Assembly: GCA_963710945.1 (NCBI GenBank)
Contig: CAVQCH010000007.1
Coordinates: 97,183 to 161,182 of the forward strand
Direction: 5' to 3'
DNA: 64,000 nt
DNA from: an uncultured Acidobacteriota bacterium
GTDB lineage: Bacteria > Acidobacteriota > Thermoanaerobaculia > UBA5066 > Gp7-AA6
Shown here in pieces: positions 1-8,944 of the stretch. The notes beneath the pieces were generated by a model. It saw only the letters and a list, made by a program, of their open reading frames with translations. It ran no database searches and was not told where the DNA came from. A program made the position numbers and the translations under genes. How positions within the stretch are numbered: position 1 is the stretch's first letter; every line of letters begins with the position of its first letter.

Positions 1-264
1 GGCGCCATCGTGATCGGCGAACACACCGCGGACGGCGGCGCCGGTTGGCGCCTGGGGGATTACCCGACCACGTTCCCGAACTCGGCACTCGAGCTGCACA
101 TGCCCGACGCGGTCGCGTACCGCCGCGACGGCTCGAGCTACAGGAACGGAATCGAGCCGGACATCGTCACGGGATGGGGCCCGCATGAGAGCGCCTCGGA
201 AAAAGCGAAAGAGTTCGTCGAAGCACTGAAGCAGGCCCTGGAGCGGGGGGGAGCGAGTCGCTGA
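1..264 (+). CDS. 3' end of a gene cut by the window edge; peptidase-like C-terminal fragment (S41/tail-specific-protease-like, tentative)
   Basis: Frame 1 is open from base 1 to TGA 262-264 (track ORF 10..264). The ending ...GIEPDIVTGWGP... is reminiscent of S41 peptidase C-termini. No catalytic motif lies inside the window. Confidence 0.3.
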   Translation, partial: GAIVIGEHTADGGAGWRLGDYPTTFPNSALELHMPDAVAYRRDGSSYRNGIEPDIVTGWGPHESASEKAKEFVEALKQALERGGASR

Positions 265-358
265 CCCGCAACGAGTACTCTACGCACATGCACCACCAGG
301 GTTTCGTCTCTCAGATCTCTACGTTCCTCGCCGAGCCCGTGATGGACGTTGAGCAGCC

Positions 359-856
359 ATGATCGCGGCCCGCGCCCGTGCGTTGCTAGATCGCTGGGAA
401 CGGCTCTGGGAAGTGCCGGGGCTGGCACGCTCCATCGATGTTGTTCCGAATCCGTTGCTACGGTCGACCTTGGGCAGATGCTTACCTTCTAGGCGACGTA
501 TCGAACTTCATCCCAGCGTCCTGAAGTCGCGGGGCCCGGCATTAGCTCAGATCCTCTGCCACGAGGCAGCCCATTTCGTCCTTCATGAGGCGATGGGTAG
601 AAAGGTGCGCCCACATGGTCAAGAATGGGCCAGACTTGTGCGAGCCGCTGGGTTCGAACCGACCACTAAATTGCGCAGCTGCATACTGAAGCCGAACCGA
701 CCGAAGCGAGCTGGACGCTATCGGTACGAGCACCGCTGCCTGATCTGTCACGCAGCCCGCTATGCCAATCGGCCGATTCGGAATTGGCGGTGCGCGAGTT
801 GTATGACTGCCGGGCTCTCGGGTGCAATGCGGATCTTGAAGAGCTCAGAAGCGTGA
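359..856 (+). CDS. SprT-like zinc metalloprotease (SprT/Wss1/Spartan-type), 165 aa
   Basis: Track ORF 359..856. HExxH motif (C-HEAAH-FVLHE, nt ~559-573), then PHGQEW, then a C-terminal four-Cys ribbon (CLICH ... CASC). This order and size fit bacterial SprT. Stop TGA 854-856 overlaps GTG 853 of the next gene. Confidence 0.7.
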   Translation: MIAARARALLDRWERLWEVPGLARSIDVVPNPLLRSTLGRCLPSRRRIELHPSVLKSRGPALAQILCHEAAHFVLHEAMGRKVRPHGQEWARLVRAAGFEPTTKLRSCILKPNRPKRAGRYRYEHRCLICHAARYANRPIRNWRCASCMTAGLSGAMRILKSSEA

Positions 857-3800
857 GCGCCGCGGGGCCCTGCCCTTTCTGCCAGATCGGGCCTGATCGG
901 ATCTTCCACACGGGCAGGCTCGCACTCGGGATTTGGGATGGTTTTCCTGTTGCTCCGGGCCACGCTCTGCTGGTGCCTAGGCGTCATGTGATGGGCTGGG
1001 CTGACGCAACGTCCCAGGAGCGCCTTGAGTTAACCGAAGCGATCTCGATTGCGTTCGACGCAATCAGACAGCGTTTCCCGGCCGACGGATTCAATGTCGG
1101 TATCAACCTGGGCGAGGCTGCTGGTCAGTCTGTTTCACACCTGCACGTTCATGTCATTCCACGCAGAGTGGGTGATCACTCAAACCCGAGAGGTGGCGTC
1201 CGCCACGTAATCCCGGCAAAGGGCGACTACTCGACTCCGGCCGAAGCTCCAAAGCGAGCAGACGAAGTTCGTTACCTTGTGCCGGGCGAAGGCGACCCGC
1301 TCTTACCCCATCTAGTTCACGAACTCGGAAAGGCAACGGCCGTGGACATTGCTGTCGCCTTCGTTCTAGAAAACGGCATCGCCCGCCTCGAAGAGCACTT
1401 TCGTGACGTCCTCAACCGAGGCGGGAGGATTCGCTTCCTGACCGGCAACTATCTCGACGTGACTGAGCCTCGCGCGTTGAGGAGGCTTCTCGACTTGGAA
1501 GGGAACATCGACCGAAGAATCTTCGAAACCAAGTCGCCAGAGCCGAAGTACGCCGATCGACCGTTCAAGACCTCCTTTCACCCAAAGGCTTACGTGACAA
1601 GAACAGACGGGGATGGCGTCGCCTTCATCGGTAGCTCGAACCTAAGCCAGAGCGCGCTGGTCAATGGGATCGAATGGAACTACCGCGTCGTGTCCTCCCG
1701 CGATGCGGCGGGTTTCCGCGACGTGCTCGATGGGTTCGAACGGCTATTCGTCCATCCAGCGACTCGCCCACTTACGGATGATTGGATCGACGTCTATGAA
1801 CGCGAGCGGAAGACCCCCCAGCCTGTAGCCGCTGATGCAATCGAAATCGAGACTCCTCCACCCCCTCCCGAGCCTCACGAGATCCAGCAAGAAGCCCTGA
1901 GGGCGCTTCAAGAGACGCGGGAGGCGGGGAATACGGCGGGCCTTGTGGTCCTCGCCACCGGTCTGGGAAAGACCTGGCTTTCCGCCTTCGATAGCTCGGA
2001 GTACCGCCGTGTTCTATTCGTCGCACATCGGGAGGAGATTCTCGGCCAAGCAAGAAAGACGTTTCGGAGCATCCGCCCGACAGCACGTTTGGGCTCCTTC
2101 TCCGGGGAAGAGAAGGACCTCGAGGCCGATGTCCTATTCGCTTCCATCCAGACGCTCGGGAAGCAGCGTCATCTCGACAGCTTCGCGCCGGATTCGTTCG
2201 ACTACGTGGTCGTAGACGAGTTCCATCACGCTGCAGCGTCAACCTATCGGCGCCTGATCGATTACTTCTGCCCAAACTTTCTGCTGGGCCTAACCGCTAC
2301 ACCAGAGCGCACTGACGGAGGCGATCTTCTTGGGTTGTGCCAGGAGAACATGGTGTATCGATGCGACCTCGCCGAGGCGATCACGCGCGGTCACCTATCG
2401 CCGTTCCACTACTTTGGAGTCCCGGACGAGGTTGACTACCGAAATATCCCGTGGCGTAGCTCTCGGTTCGATGAAGAAGCGCTCACGGAAGCCGTGGCGA
2501 CGCAGACTCGTGCTAAGAATGCCCTCGACCAGTACCGCCAGCGGGGTGGCACGAGAACCCTCGGGTTCTGTGTGTCGCAGCGTCACGCCGATTTCATGGC
2601 CGATTTCTTTCTCAAGGAAGGAATTCGTGCTGTTGCCGTCCACGCGGGCAGCACAAGCGCACCTCGAGCCGACTCACTGGAAAGACTCGAGGCCGGAACG
2701 CTGGACGTGGTGTTCGCAGTGGACATGTTCAACGAGGGCGTAGATCTTCCTGACCTCGATACGGTGATGATGCTTCGCCCTACGGAGTCTCGGATCCTTT
2801 GGATTCAGCAACTGGGAAGGGGGCTTCGAAAGGCGGAAGGGAAGTCGCACCTCACTGTCATCGATTACATCGGCAACCACAGAACCTTCCTTCTCAAACC
2901 GCAAACGCTCTTCCAGCTGCCGAGCGGCGATTCGGCGATTCGAGACGCTCTAGACCGGCTTCAAGCAGGGACCATTGAGCTGCCGCCGGGTTGTGAGGTC
3001 ACCTACGATCTAAAGGCGATTGAAGTCCTCAGAGCACTCCTTCGGATCCCCAAGGCTGAGCTAGACGCGCTCCGCCGCTTCTATGAGGACTTCCGCGAAT
3101 TGCATGGCGTTCGGCCTACAGCCACCGAAGCGTTTCACGAGGGCTACAACCCGCGCTCGGCGAGAAAGAGCCACGGATCTTGGCTCAGGTTCGTCGAAGC
3201 CATGGGGGACATGACAGACACGCAACGAACGGCTATAGGCGAAGCTGGAGCTTTCTTAGATTCCCTCGAAACGACCGAAATGACAAAGAGTTTCAAGATA
3301 TTGGTGCTCCTGGCAATGCTGAACGGCGACCATTTTCCCGGCGAAATTTCAGTCTCGGAATTGACGAAAGGCGTTCGAACCCTGGCTGTCAGGACGGAGA
3401 CGCTTCGGGGTGAATTCGGTGAGTCCCTCGAGAATGACGCCATGCTTGCAGACTTGCTGGAGAGGAACCCAATTAACGCCTGGGTGGGAGGAAAAGGGAC
3501 CAGCGGTGTCCCCTATTTCGAGTACCGCGAGGGCATCTTCCGGACCACTGTGACTGCTTCCGGAAGATCAAGGTCGGCACTGCAAGAGCTGACCCGTGAG
3601 GTCGCCGACTGGCGACTTGTAGAGTACCTCGACCGCGCACGAACGCCCGCTCCAGGCGACACTCGCTTTGAGTGTGCTGTGAGCCACGCGAACGGTCGAC
3701 CACTCGTCTTTCTACCGAATCGGGCAGACGTACCGGGAATCCCTGAGGGGTGGGTTGATGTAACCGTGGATGGGGACCTCTATCAAGCCAATTTCGTCAA

Positions 3801-4428
3801 GGTGGCTGTAAACATTCTGAGACGGACCGGTTCGGAGCAAAACGAACTCGGCTCGGTCCTCCGCGGGTGGTTTGGCCCTGACGCCGGATTACCGGGAACG
3901 AGTCATCGTGTTGCCTTCGAAAAGGGCAACAAGGGCTTAAGACTGATCCCCCTGGGCCGCCGAGAAGGAGTGCTTCAGCTCTGGAGGAGCTATTCGAGGG
4001 AGGAAATCCCAAAGCTCTTTGGCCTCGACTACTCGCCCTTTCTTTGGCAGCAGGGATTTATTCCTCAGGGCAAGCACATGTTTCTACTCGTAACCCTGGA
4101 CAAGGGTAGTCATGCGGAGCAGTTTCAGTACAAGGACCGCTTCCTGAGCGCCGACCGCTTCCAGTGGCAGAGCCAGAATCGCACGGCTCAAGAGAGCAAG
4201 CATGGGCGGCAGATCCGAGATCATCAAGCACTTGGAATTGCATCCCACCTTTTCGTGCGAGCTCGAAGCAAAAGCCCTCAGGGCACGGCCAGCCCATTCG
4301 TCTATTGCGGAGACGTCAAGTTCGTACGTTGGGAGGGGAATAAGCCGATAACTGTCGAATGGCGGCTGCCTGAGTCGGTTCCGGAAAGGTGGCAGGCGGC
4401 GTTTATCGTCCCAGAGACAAATGGATAG
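853..4428 (+). CDS. HIT - PLD(HKD) nuclease - SF2 helicase - unassigned region - DUF3427 fusion protein; SauUSI-like Type IV (modification-dependent) restriction core with an extra N-terminal HIT domain
   Basis: One uninterrupted ORF (track 784..4428). I prefer GTG 853, which gives a GTGA stop/start overlap with the SprT-like gene; ATG 784 is the alternative. Motifs read directly: HIT CPFCQI ... SHLHVHVIPRR (~1138-1164); a single HKD, FHPKAYV...GSSNLS (~1576-1650); helicase motif I LATGLGKTW (~1954-1980), II VVVDEFHH (~2209-2232), III LGLTATPER, VI QQLGRGLRK (~2806-2832). The C-terminal block ...HLFVRARS...FVYCGDVKFV... (~3970-4425) fits my recollection of DUF3427. Confidence 0.8.
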   Translation: MSAAGPCPFCQIGPDRIFHTGRLALGIWDGFPVAPGHALLVPRRHVMGWADATSQERLELTEAISIAFDAIRQRFPADGFNVGINLGEAAGQSVSHLHVHVIPRRVGDHSNPRGGVRHVIPAKGDYSTPAEAPKRADEVRYLVPGEGDPLLPHLVHELGKATAVDIAVAFVLENGIARLEEHFRDVLNRGGRIRFLTGNYLDVTEPRALRRLLDLEGNIDRRIFETKSPEPKYADRPFKTSFHPKAYVTRTDGDGVAFIGSSNLSQSALVNGIEWNYRVVSSRDAAGFRDVLDGFERLFVHPATRPLTDDWIDVYERERKTPQPVAADAIEIETPPPPPEPHEIQQEALRALQETREAGNTAGLVVLATGLGKTWLSAFDSSEYRRVLFVAHREEILGQARKTFRSIRPTARLGSFSGEEKDLEADVLFASIQTLGKQRHLDSFAPDSFDYVVVDEFHHAAASTYRRLIDYFCPNFLLGLTATPERTDGGDLLGLCQENMVYRCDLAEAITRGHLSPFHYFGVPDEVDYRNIPWRSSRFDEEALTEAVATQTRAKNALDQYRQRGGTRTLGFCVSQRHADFMADFFLKEGIRAVAVHAGSTSAPRADSLERLEAGTLDVVFAVDMFNEGVDLPDLDTVMMLRPTESRILWIQQLGRGLRKAEGKSHLTVIDYIGNHRTFLLKPQTLFQLPSGDSAIRDALDRLQAGTIELPPGCEVTYDLKAIEVLRALLRIPKAELDALRRFYEDFRELHGVRPTATEAFHEGYNPRSARKSHGSWLRFVEAMGDMTDTQRTAIGEAGAFLDSLETTEMTKSFKILVLLAMLNGDHFPGEISVSELTKGVRTLAVRTETLRGEFGESLENDAMLADLLERNPINAWVGGKGTSGVPYFEYREGIFRTTVTASGRSRSALQELTREVADWRLVEYLDRARTPAPGDTRFECAVSHANGRPLVFLPNRADVPGIPEGWVDVTVDGDLYQANFVKVAVNILRRTGSEQNELGSVLRGWFGPDAGLPGTSHRVAFEKGNKGLRLIPLGRREGVLQLWRSYSREEIPKLFGLDYSPFLWQQGFIPQGKHMFLLVTLDKGSHAEQFQYKDRFLSADRFQWQSQNRTAQESKHGRQIRDHQALGIASHLFVRARSKSPQGTASPFVYCGDVKFVRWEGNKPITVEWRLPESVPERWQAAFIVPETNG

Positions 4429-4670
4429 GAGCGTTGCGCGCGTTGTGGGGCAGTCTTGATTCGCCGGTTCGAGTCCCTGAACATTCTTGAGAGCCCTCCC
4501 CGCCGGGCTAAGTAGACGGCGAGATCTTGTACGCCTCTCTAGAGCTCCATCCGGCACCCTGGCGGACGCCTCGCGCCGGGGCTTGAGGCTGGGGAAATAT
4601 TCTTCCGTCTTGCCCTTGCTACGCGATAATCGATCAGATTAGATCGCAACCGAACTGAGAGGTCCCTAGC

Positions 4671-5282
4671 ATGAGAAGCCCCGTAACCCTGGGCGTCCTC
4701 CTCTGCGCCATCTCACTTCCCGGTTGTACGAGGTCTGATCCTCAACCAGCCGCCGGGGCTCCGACGCCTGAGCCCAAGACCCTCTACGTCGTCGTCACCG
4801 CGACACGGGCGCCTCGTGAAGCCGAGCCGACTTGGACTCCTGATCCCGAGCTAATGCTCATAACGCCGACAGCCAATCCAACGGCGCCACCGCCCACGCC
4901 GCGACCGACAGTAGATATTTCCTCGATTCCAAGCCTCGAGCGCCCGATGGGGCCGCCCGCCGATGCCAGGTCGCGCAGTGATCAGCTTGCCGGATGCATG
5001 AACTATTCGGCCGAGCCAAACCCCGGCGGTCAGTGGATCCGAATCAAGGTTACAGGCCGGAATTCTTGCGGCCAGCCAGTGACCGCTGACGAGTCATGGT
5101 TCGAAATTGCGGCAATGGACTTGAACGGCGCGCAAGTTGGGCACGAAGTCGGACGGTTCCAGAACGTAATCCCGCCGCAGGGCCAAGCTGAGACGTACAT
5201 AGCTGTCGATTGCCCGAAGGCGCCATGCCGCTACAGTGCTGCTGCATGGTGGGCCGCGGGTGGCGGACGGCGACCGCAATAG
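4671..5282 (+). CDS. hypothetical lipoprotein with Pro/Thr-rich linker
   Basis: Track ORF. N-terminal signal with lipobox (LLCAISLPG-C), then a Pro/Thr/Ala-rich linker and a Cys-containing C-terminal domain. No domain recognised. Confidence 0.5.
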   Translation: MRSPVTLGVLLCAISLPGCTRSDPQPAAGAPTPEPKTLYVVVTATRAPREAEPTWTPDPELMLITPTANPTAPPPTPRPTVDISSIPSLERPMGPPADARSRSDQLAGCMNYSAEPNPGGQWIRIKVTGRNSCGQPVTADESWFEIAAMDLNGAQVGHEVGRFQNVIPPQGQAETYIAVDCPKAPCRYSAAAWWAAGGGRRPQ

Positions 5283-5471
5283 CTCTCCACCCTAATTCCT
5301 CCCCGCCCTAGAGGGCACGGCGGAAGCGGGCGCGGAGGCGGCCCGGTAGGCTTCCGCGAAGGCCTTGGTCAGTCCTAATTTCCTGACTTCAAAGCCGCAC
5401 GCGGCTTCGTCGCGCTCCCGCCCGCCCTCCCGTACAATGCCGCCCGCCTCCTACCGAAAGGACCGCACCCG

Positions 5472-8400
5472 ATGAAGAACCGTCTCGCCGCCGCCCTGGC
5501 TCTGCTCTTCGCGCTGCCGCTCTCCGGCCCAGCAGCCGCCGAAGCCTCCGATCGACAAGCCGCCGCTGGCGCCGCCGACGGAGGATGCGTCGAAGGAGAA
5601 GGAGAAAGAGAAGCCGAAGTGGGACGTGGCGAACCCGCCGTATCCCTACGACAACACCGTCTCGCTCGACCTGACGTCCGGCACGTGGATGTCGCTCGAC
5701 GTGTCGCCGGACGGGAAGGAGATCGTCTTCGACCTTCTCGGCGACATCTACACGATCCCGTTCGGGGGCGGCGAGGCGAGGGCGCTGACGTCCGGTATCC
5801 CGTGGGACATGCAGCCGCGCTATTCGCCGGACGGCAAGTGGATCGCGTTCACGTCCGACCGCTCGGGCGGCGACAACATCTGGATCATGGACCGCGACGG
5901 GAAGAACCCGCAGCAGGTGACGAAGGAGAGCTTCCGCCTGCCGAACAGCCCGGCCTGGGCGCCCGACTCGCAGTTCATCGCGGCGCGCAAGCACTACACC
6001 GGCACGCGCTCGCTCGGCGCGGGCGAGATCTGGCTCTATCACCGCACGGGCGGCGAGGGCCTGCAGATGACCAAGCGCGCGACCGAGCAGAAGGACGACG
6101 GCGAGCCCGCGTTCTCGCCCGACGGCCGCTACCTCTACTGGTCCGCCGACACGACGCCCGGAAAGATCTGGGAGTACAACAAGGATCCGAACGGCCAGAT
6201 CTACGTCATCAAGCGTCTCGACCGCGACACGGGAAAGATCGTCAACTACGTCACCGGTCCGGGGGGATCGATCCGGCCGACGCCTTCGCCGGACGGGAAG
6301 TCGCTCGCGTTCGTGCGGCGGGTTCGGTACAAGTCCGTGCTGTTCGTGAAGGACCTCGAGTCGGGCGTCGAGCGGGCGGTGTACGACGGGCTCGAGCGGG
6401 ACATGCAGGAGACGTGGGCGATCCAGGGGGTCTATCCCGGGATGGCGTGGACGCCGGATTCGAAGTCGGTGGTGTTCTGGTCGGGAGGGTTTCTCCAGCG
6501 CGCCGACCTCTCGGGGAACCAGGTTTACAAGATTCCGTTTCACGTGAAGGACACGCGGAAGACGGCGTCGGCGGTGCGGTTTGCGGTGGATGTGTTGACG
6601 GGCGTCATGGCGGCGTCGGCTTCGCCGTACATCAGTGGGGCCGGAGGGAGCGCCCCTCACCCCGACCCTCTCCCGCGGGGAGAGGGGGGGCTAAGGGTTC
6701 GTCCGGTAAGAATTCCTCTCCACCCAGCGGGGGGAAGGGCAGGGTGAGGGGGGGACTCCGCCGGGCCGGTCTTCCCGGTACGGATGCTGCGGTGGGTCTC
6801 CGTCTCGCCCGACGGCAAGCGCGTCGCCTACTCGGCGCTCGGGTACATCTACGTCCGCGACCTCCCGAACGGCACGCCGAAGCGCCTGACGAAGCAGACG
6901 GCCGACTACGAGTACTTCCCGTCCTGGTCGCGCGACTCTAAGTCGCTCGTCTACGCGACCTGGAACGACGAGACCCTGGGAACGATCCGAGTTGCCACGG
7001 TCGCGACCGGTGCTTCGAAGACGATCACCGACAAGCCCGGCCACTACTACGAGCCCGTCTTCTCGCCCGACGGTGCGCGGATCGTCTACCGCAAGTCCGA
7101 CGGCGGCTATCTCGTCTCGACGGCCTGGTCCGCCGATCCCGGCCTCTACCAGGTGCCATCGTCCGGCGGCAAGTCCACCCTCATCACCGAGGACGGCTCC
7201 CTGCCGCGCTTCGGCAAGGCGAGCGACCGCGTCTTCTTCGTCAAGACCGACGGCGGCGAGGACCAGATCGCGCCGGCCAAGCGCATCCTCGCCTCGATCA
7301 AGCTCGACGGTTCCGAGCCGCACGAGTACTACATCTCGGATCTCGCGACGGAGTTCGCGATCTCGCCCGACGGCAAGTGGCTCGGCTTCCGCGAGGGCTT
7401 CAACGCCTACGTCACGCCCTTCGTCGAGACCGGGCGACGCGTCGAGATCGGTCCGAAGAGCAAGGCCGTTCCGCTGACGCGCGTGTCGAAGGAGGCGGGC
7501 GAGAACCTTCACTTCTCGGGCGATTCGACGCGCCTCTACTGGTCCTATGGTCCCGAGCTCTACCAGCGGGACTTGAAAGAAGCCTTCGCGTTTCTCCCCG
7601 GCGCGCCGGAGAAGCTGCCCGAGCCGGCGGGGGAGGGCATGAACATCTCCTTCGTCGAGCCCGTGGACATGCCGCCGAGCACGAGCACGGTCGCGTTCAC
7701 GGGCGGCCGCGCCGTGACGATGAACGGGGACGAGGTCATCGAGGACAGCGTCGTGCTCGTCGAGGGCAACCGCATCAAGGCCGTCGGCAGGAGAGGAGAG
7801 GTCTCGATCCCCGCCGGCGCGAAGACCTTCGACGTCACCGGCAAGACCGTCCTTCCCGGCTTCGTCGACGCTCACTACCACGGCTCCTTCGCCGCCGACG
7901 GCGTCCTGCCGCAGCAGAACTGGCACAGCGACGCATCGCTCGCTTTTGGCGTCACCACGGTCCACGATCCGTCGAACGACACGGGCGAGGTGTTCACGGC
8001 CGCCGAGCAGGCGCGCGCCGGCCTCCTCCGCGCACCGCGCATCTTCTCGACCGGCACGATCCTCTACGGCGCCGCCGGCGATTTCAAAGCCGAGATCGAT
8101 TCGATCGACGACGCGCGCGCGCACCTGCACCGCATGAAGGCCGCCGGCGCGATCTCGGTCAAGAGCTACCAGCAGCCGCGCCGCGAGCAGCGCCAGCAGA
8201 TCCTCGCCGCCGCCCGCGAGACCGGGATCATGGTCGTCCCCGAAGGCGGATCGCTCTTCGAGATGAACATGAACATGGTCGTGGACGGGCACACCACGAT
8301 CGAGCACACGATCCCCGTTGCCAACATCTACCAGGACGTCGAGGCGATCTGGCCTCCGGGGAAGGTCGGCTACACGCCGACGCTTCTCGTCGGCTACGGC

Positions 8401-8913
8401 GGCATGTTCGGCGAGGTGTACTGGTATGCGAAGACGAACGTCTGGGAGAACCCGCGTCTCTCGAAGTTCGTCCCGCCCTTCGTCCTCGACCCGCGCTCGC
8501 GCCGCCGCACGATGGCGCCCGACGACGAGTGGAACCACGTCAACCTCGGGAAGATCGCCGCGAAGCTCGACAAGGACCACGTCCTCGTCAACACCGGCGC
8601 CCACGGCCAGCGCGAGGGACTCGGGCTCCACTGGGAGATCTGGATGCTCGCCCAGGGAGGCTTCACGCCGCTCGAGGCCCTGCGCTGCGCGACGCTGAAC
8701 GGCGCGAAGAGCCTCGGCATGGACAAGGACATCGGGTCGCTCCAGGCCGGCAAGCTTGCCGACATCGTCGTCATCGACGGCAACCCTCTCCAGGACATTC
8801 GCCAGTCCGAGAAGGTCGCCTGGACCATGGTCAACGGGAGGCTCTACGATGCCGCGACGTTGAACGAAACGGGGGCGAGGGAGAAGAAGCGCGCGAAGTA
8901 CTGGTGGGAGTAA
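5472..8913 (+). pseudogene. periplasmic TolB-like beta-propeller + amidohydrolase fusion, disrupted by one frameshift and an in-frame repeat insertion carrying a stop
   Basis: Signal peptide MKNRLAAALALLFALPLSGPAAA starts at ATG 5472 in frame 3. The propeller (SPDGK repeats, track ORF 5626..6747) is in frame 1, which is open only from 5476 and has no start codon before GTG 5626. Frame 1 hits TGA 6745-6747 inside a repeat element and resumes in the same frame (track ORF 6784..8913; C-terminal amidohydrolase with ...GFVDAHYHG...). Confidence 0.65.
6640..6770. mobile_element. MITE-like inverted-repeat element (family B) inserted inside the amidohydrolase coding region
   Basis: Arm cccctcaccccgaccctctcccgcggggagaggg (6653-6690), a ~24-nt spacer, then the inverted arm cctctccacccagcggggggaagggcagggtgaggggggg (to ~6752). 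The same motif occurs at 57981-58020, 58353-58394 and 62990-63063. It interrupts ...AVRFAVDV / VRMLRWVSVSPDGK.... Confidence 0.55.
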
Positions 8914-8944
8914 AAGGGAACGTCAGCGAGATAGAGGAGGACCG

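Noticed and set aside
784-852. ATG 784 as the start of the giant HIT-helicase protein (as in the ORF track)
   Set aside because: It would overlap the SprT-like gene by 73 nt and add 23 residues ahead of the usual CxFC start of HIT domains. GTG 853 gives a canonical 4-nt stop/start overlap. Not excluded without N-terminal data.
4466-4477. GGTTCGAGTCCC, a tRNA T-loop-like string just after the giant helicase gene; possible tRNA fragment or att site of an island
   Set aside because: The flanking bases do not form a T-stem or an acceptor stem. I saw no matching direct repeat at the left edge of the low-GC block. Most likely chance.
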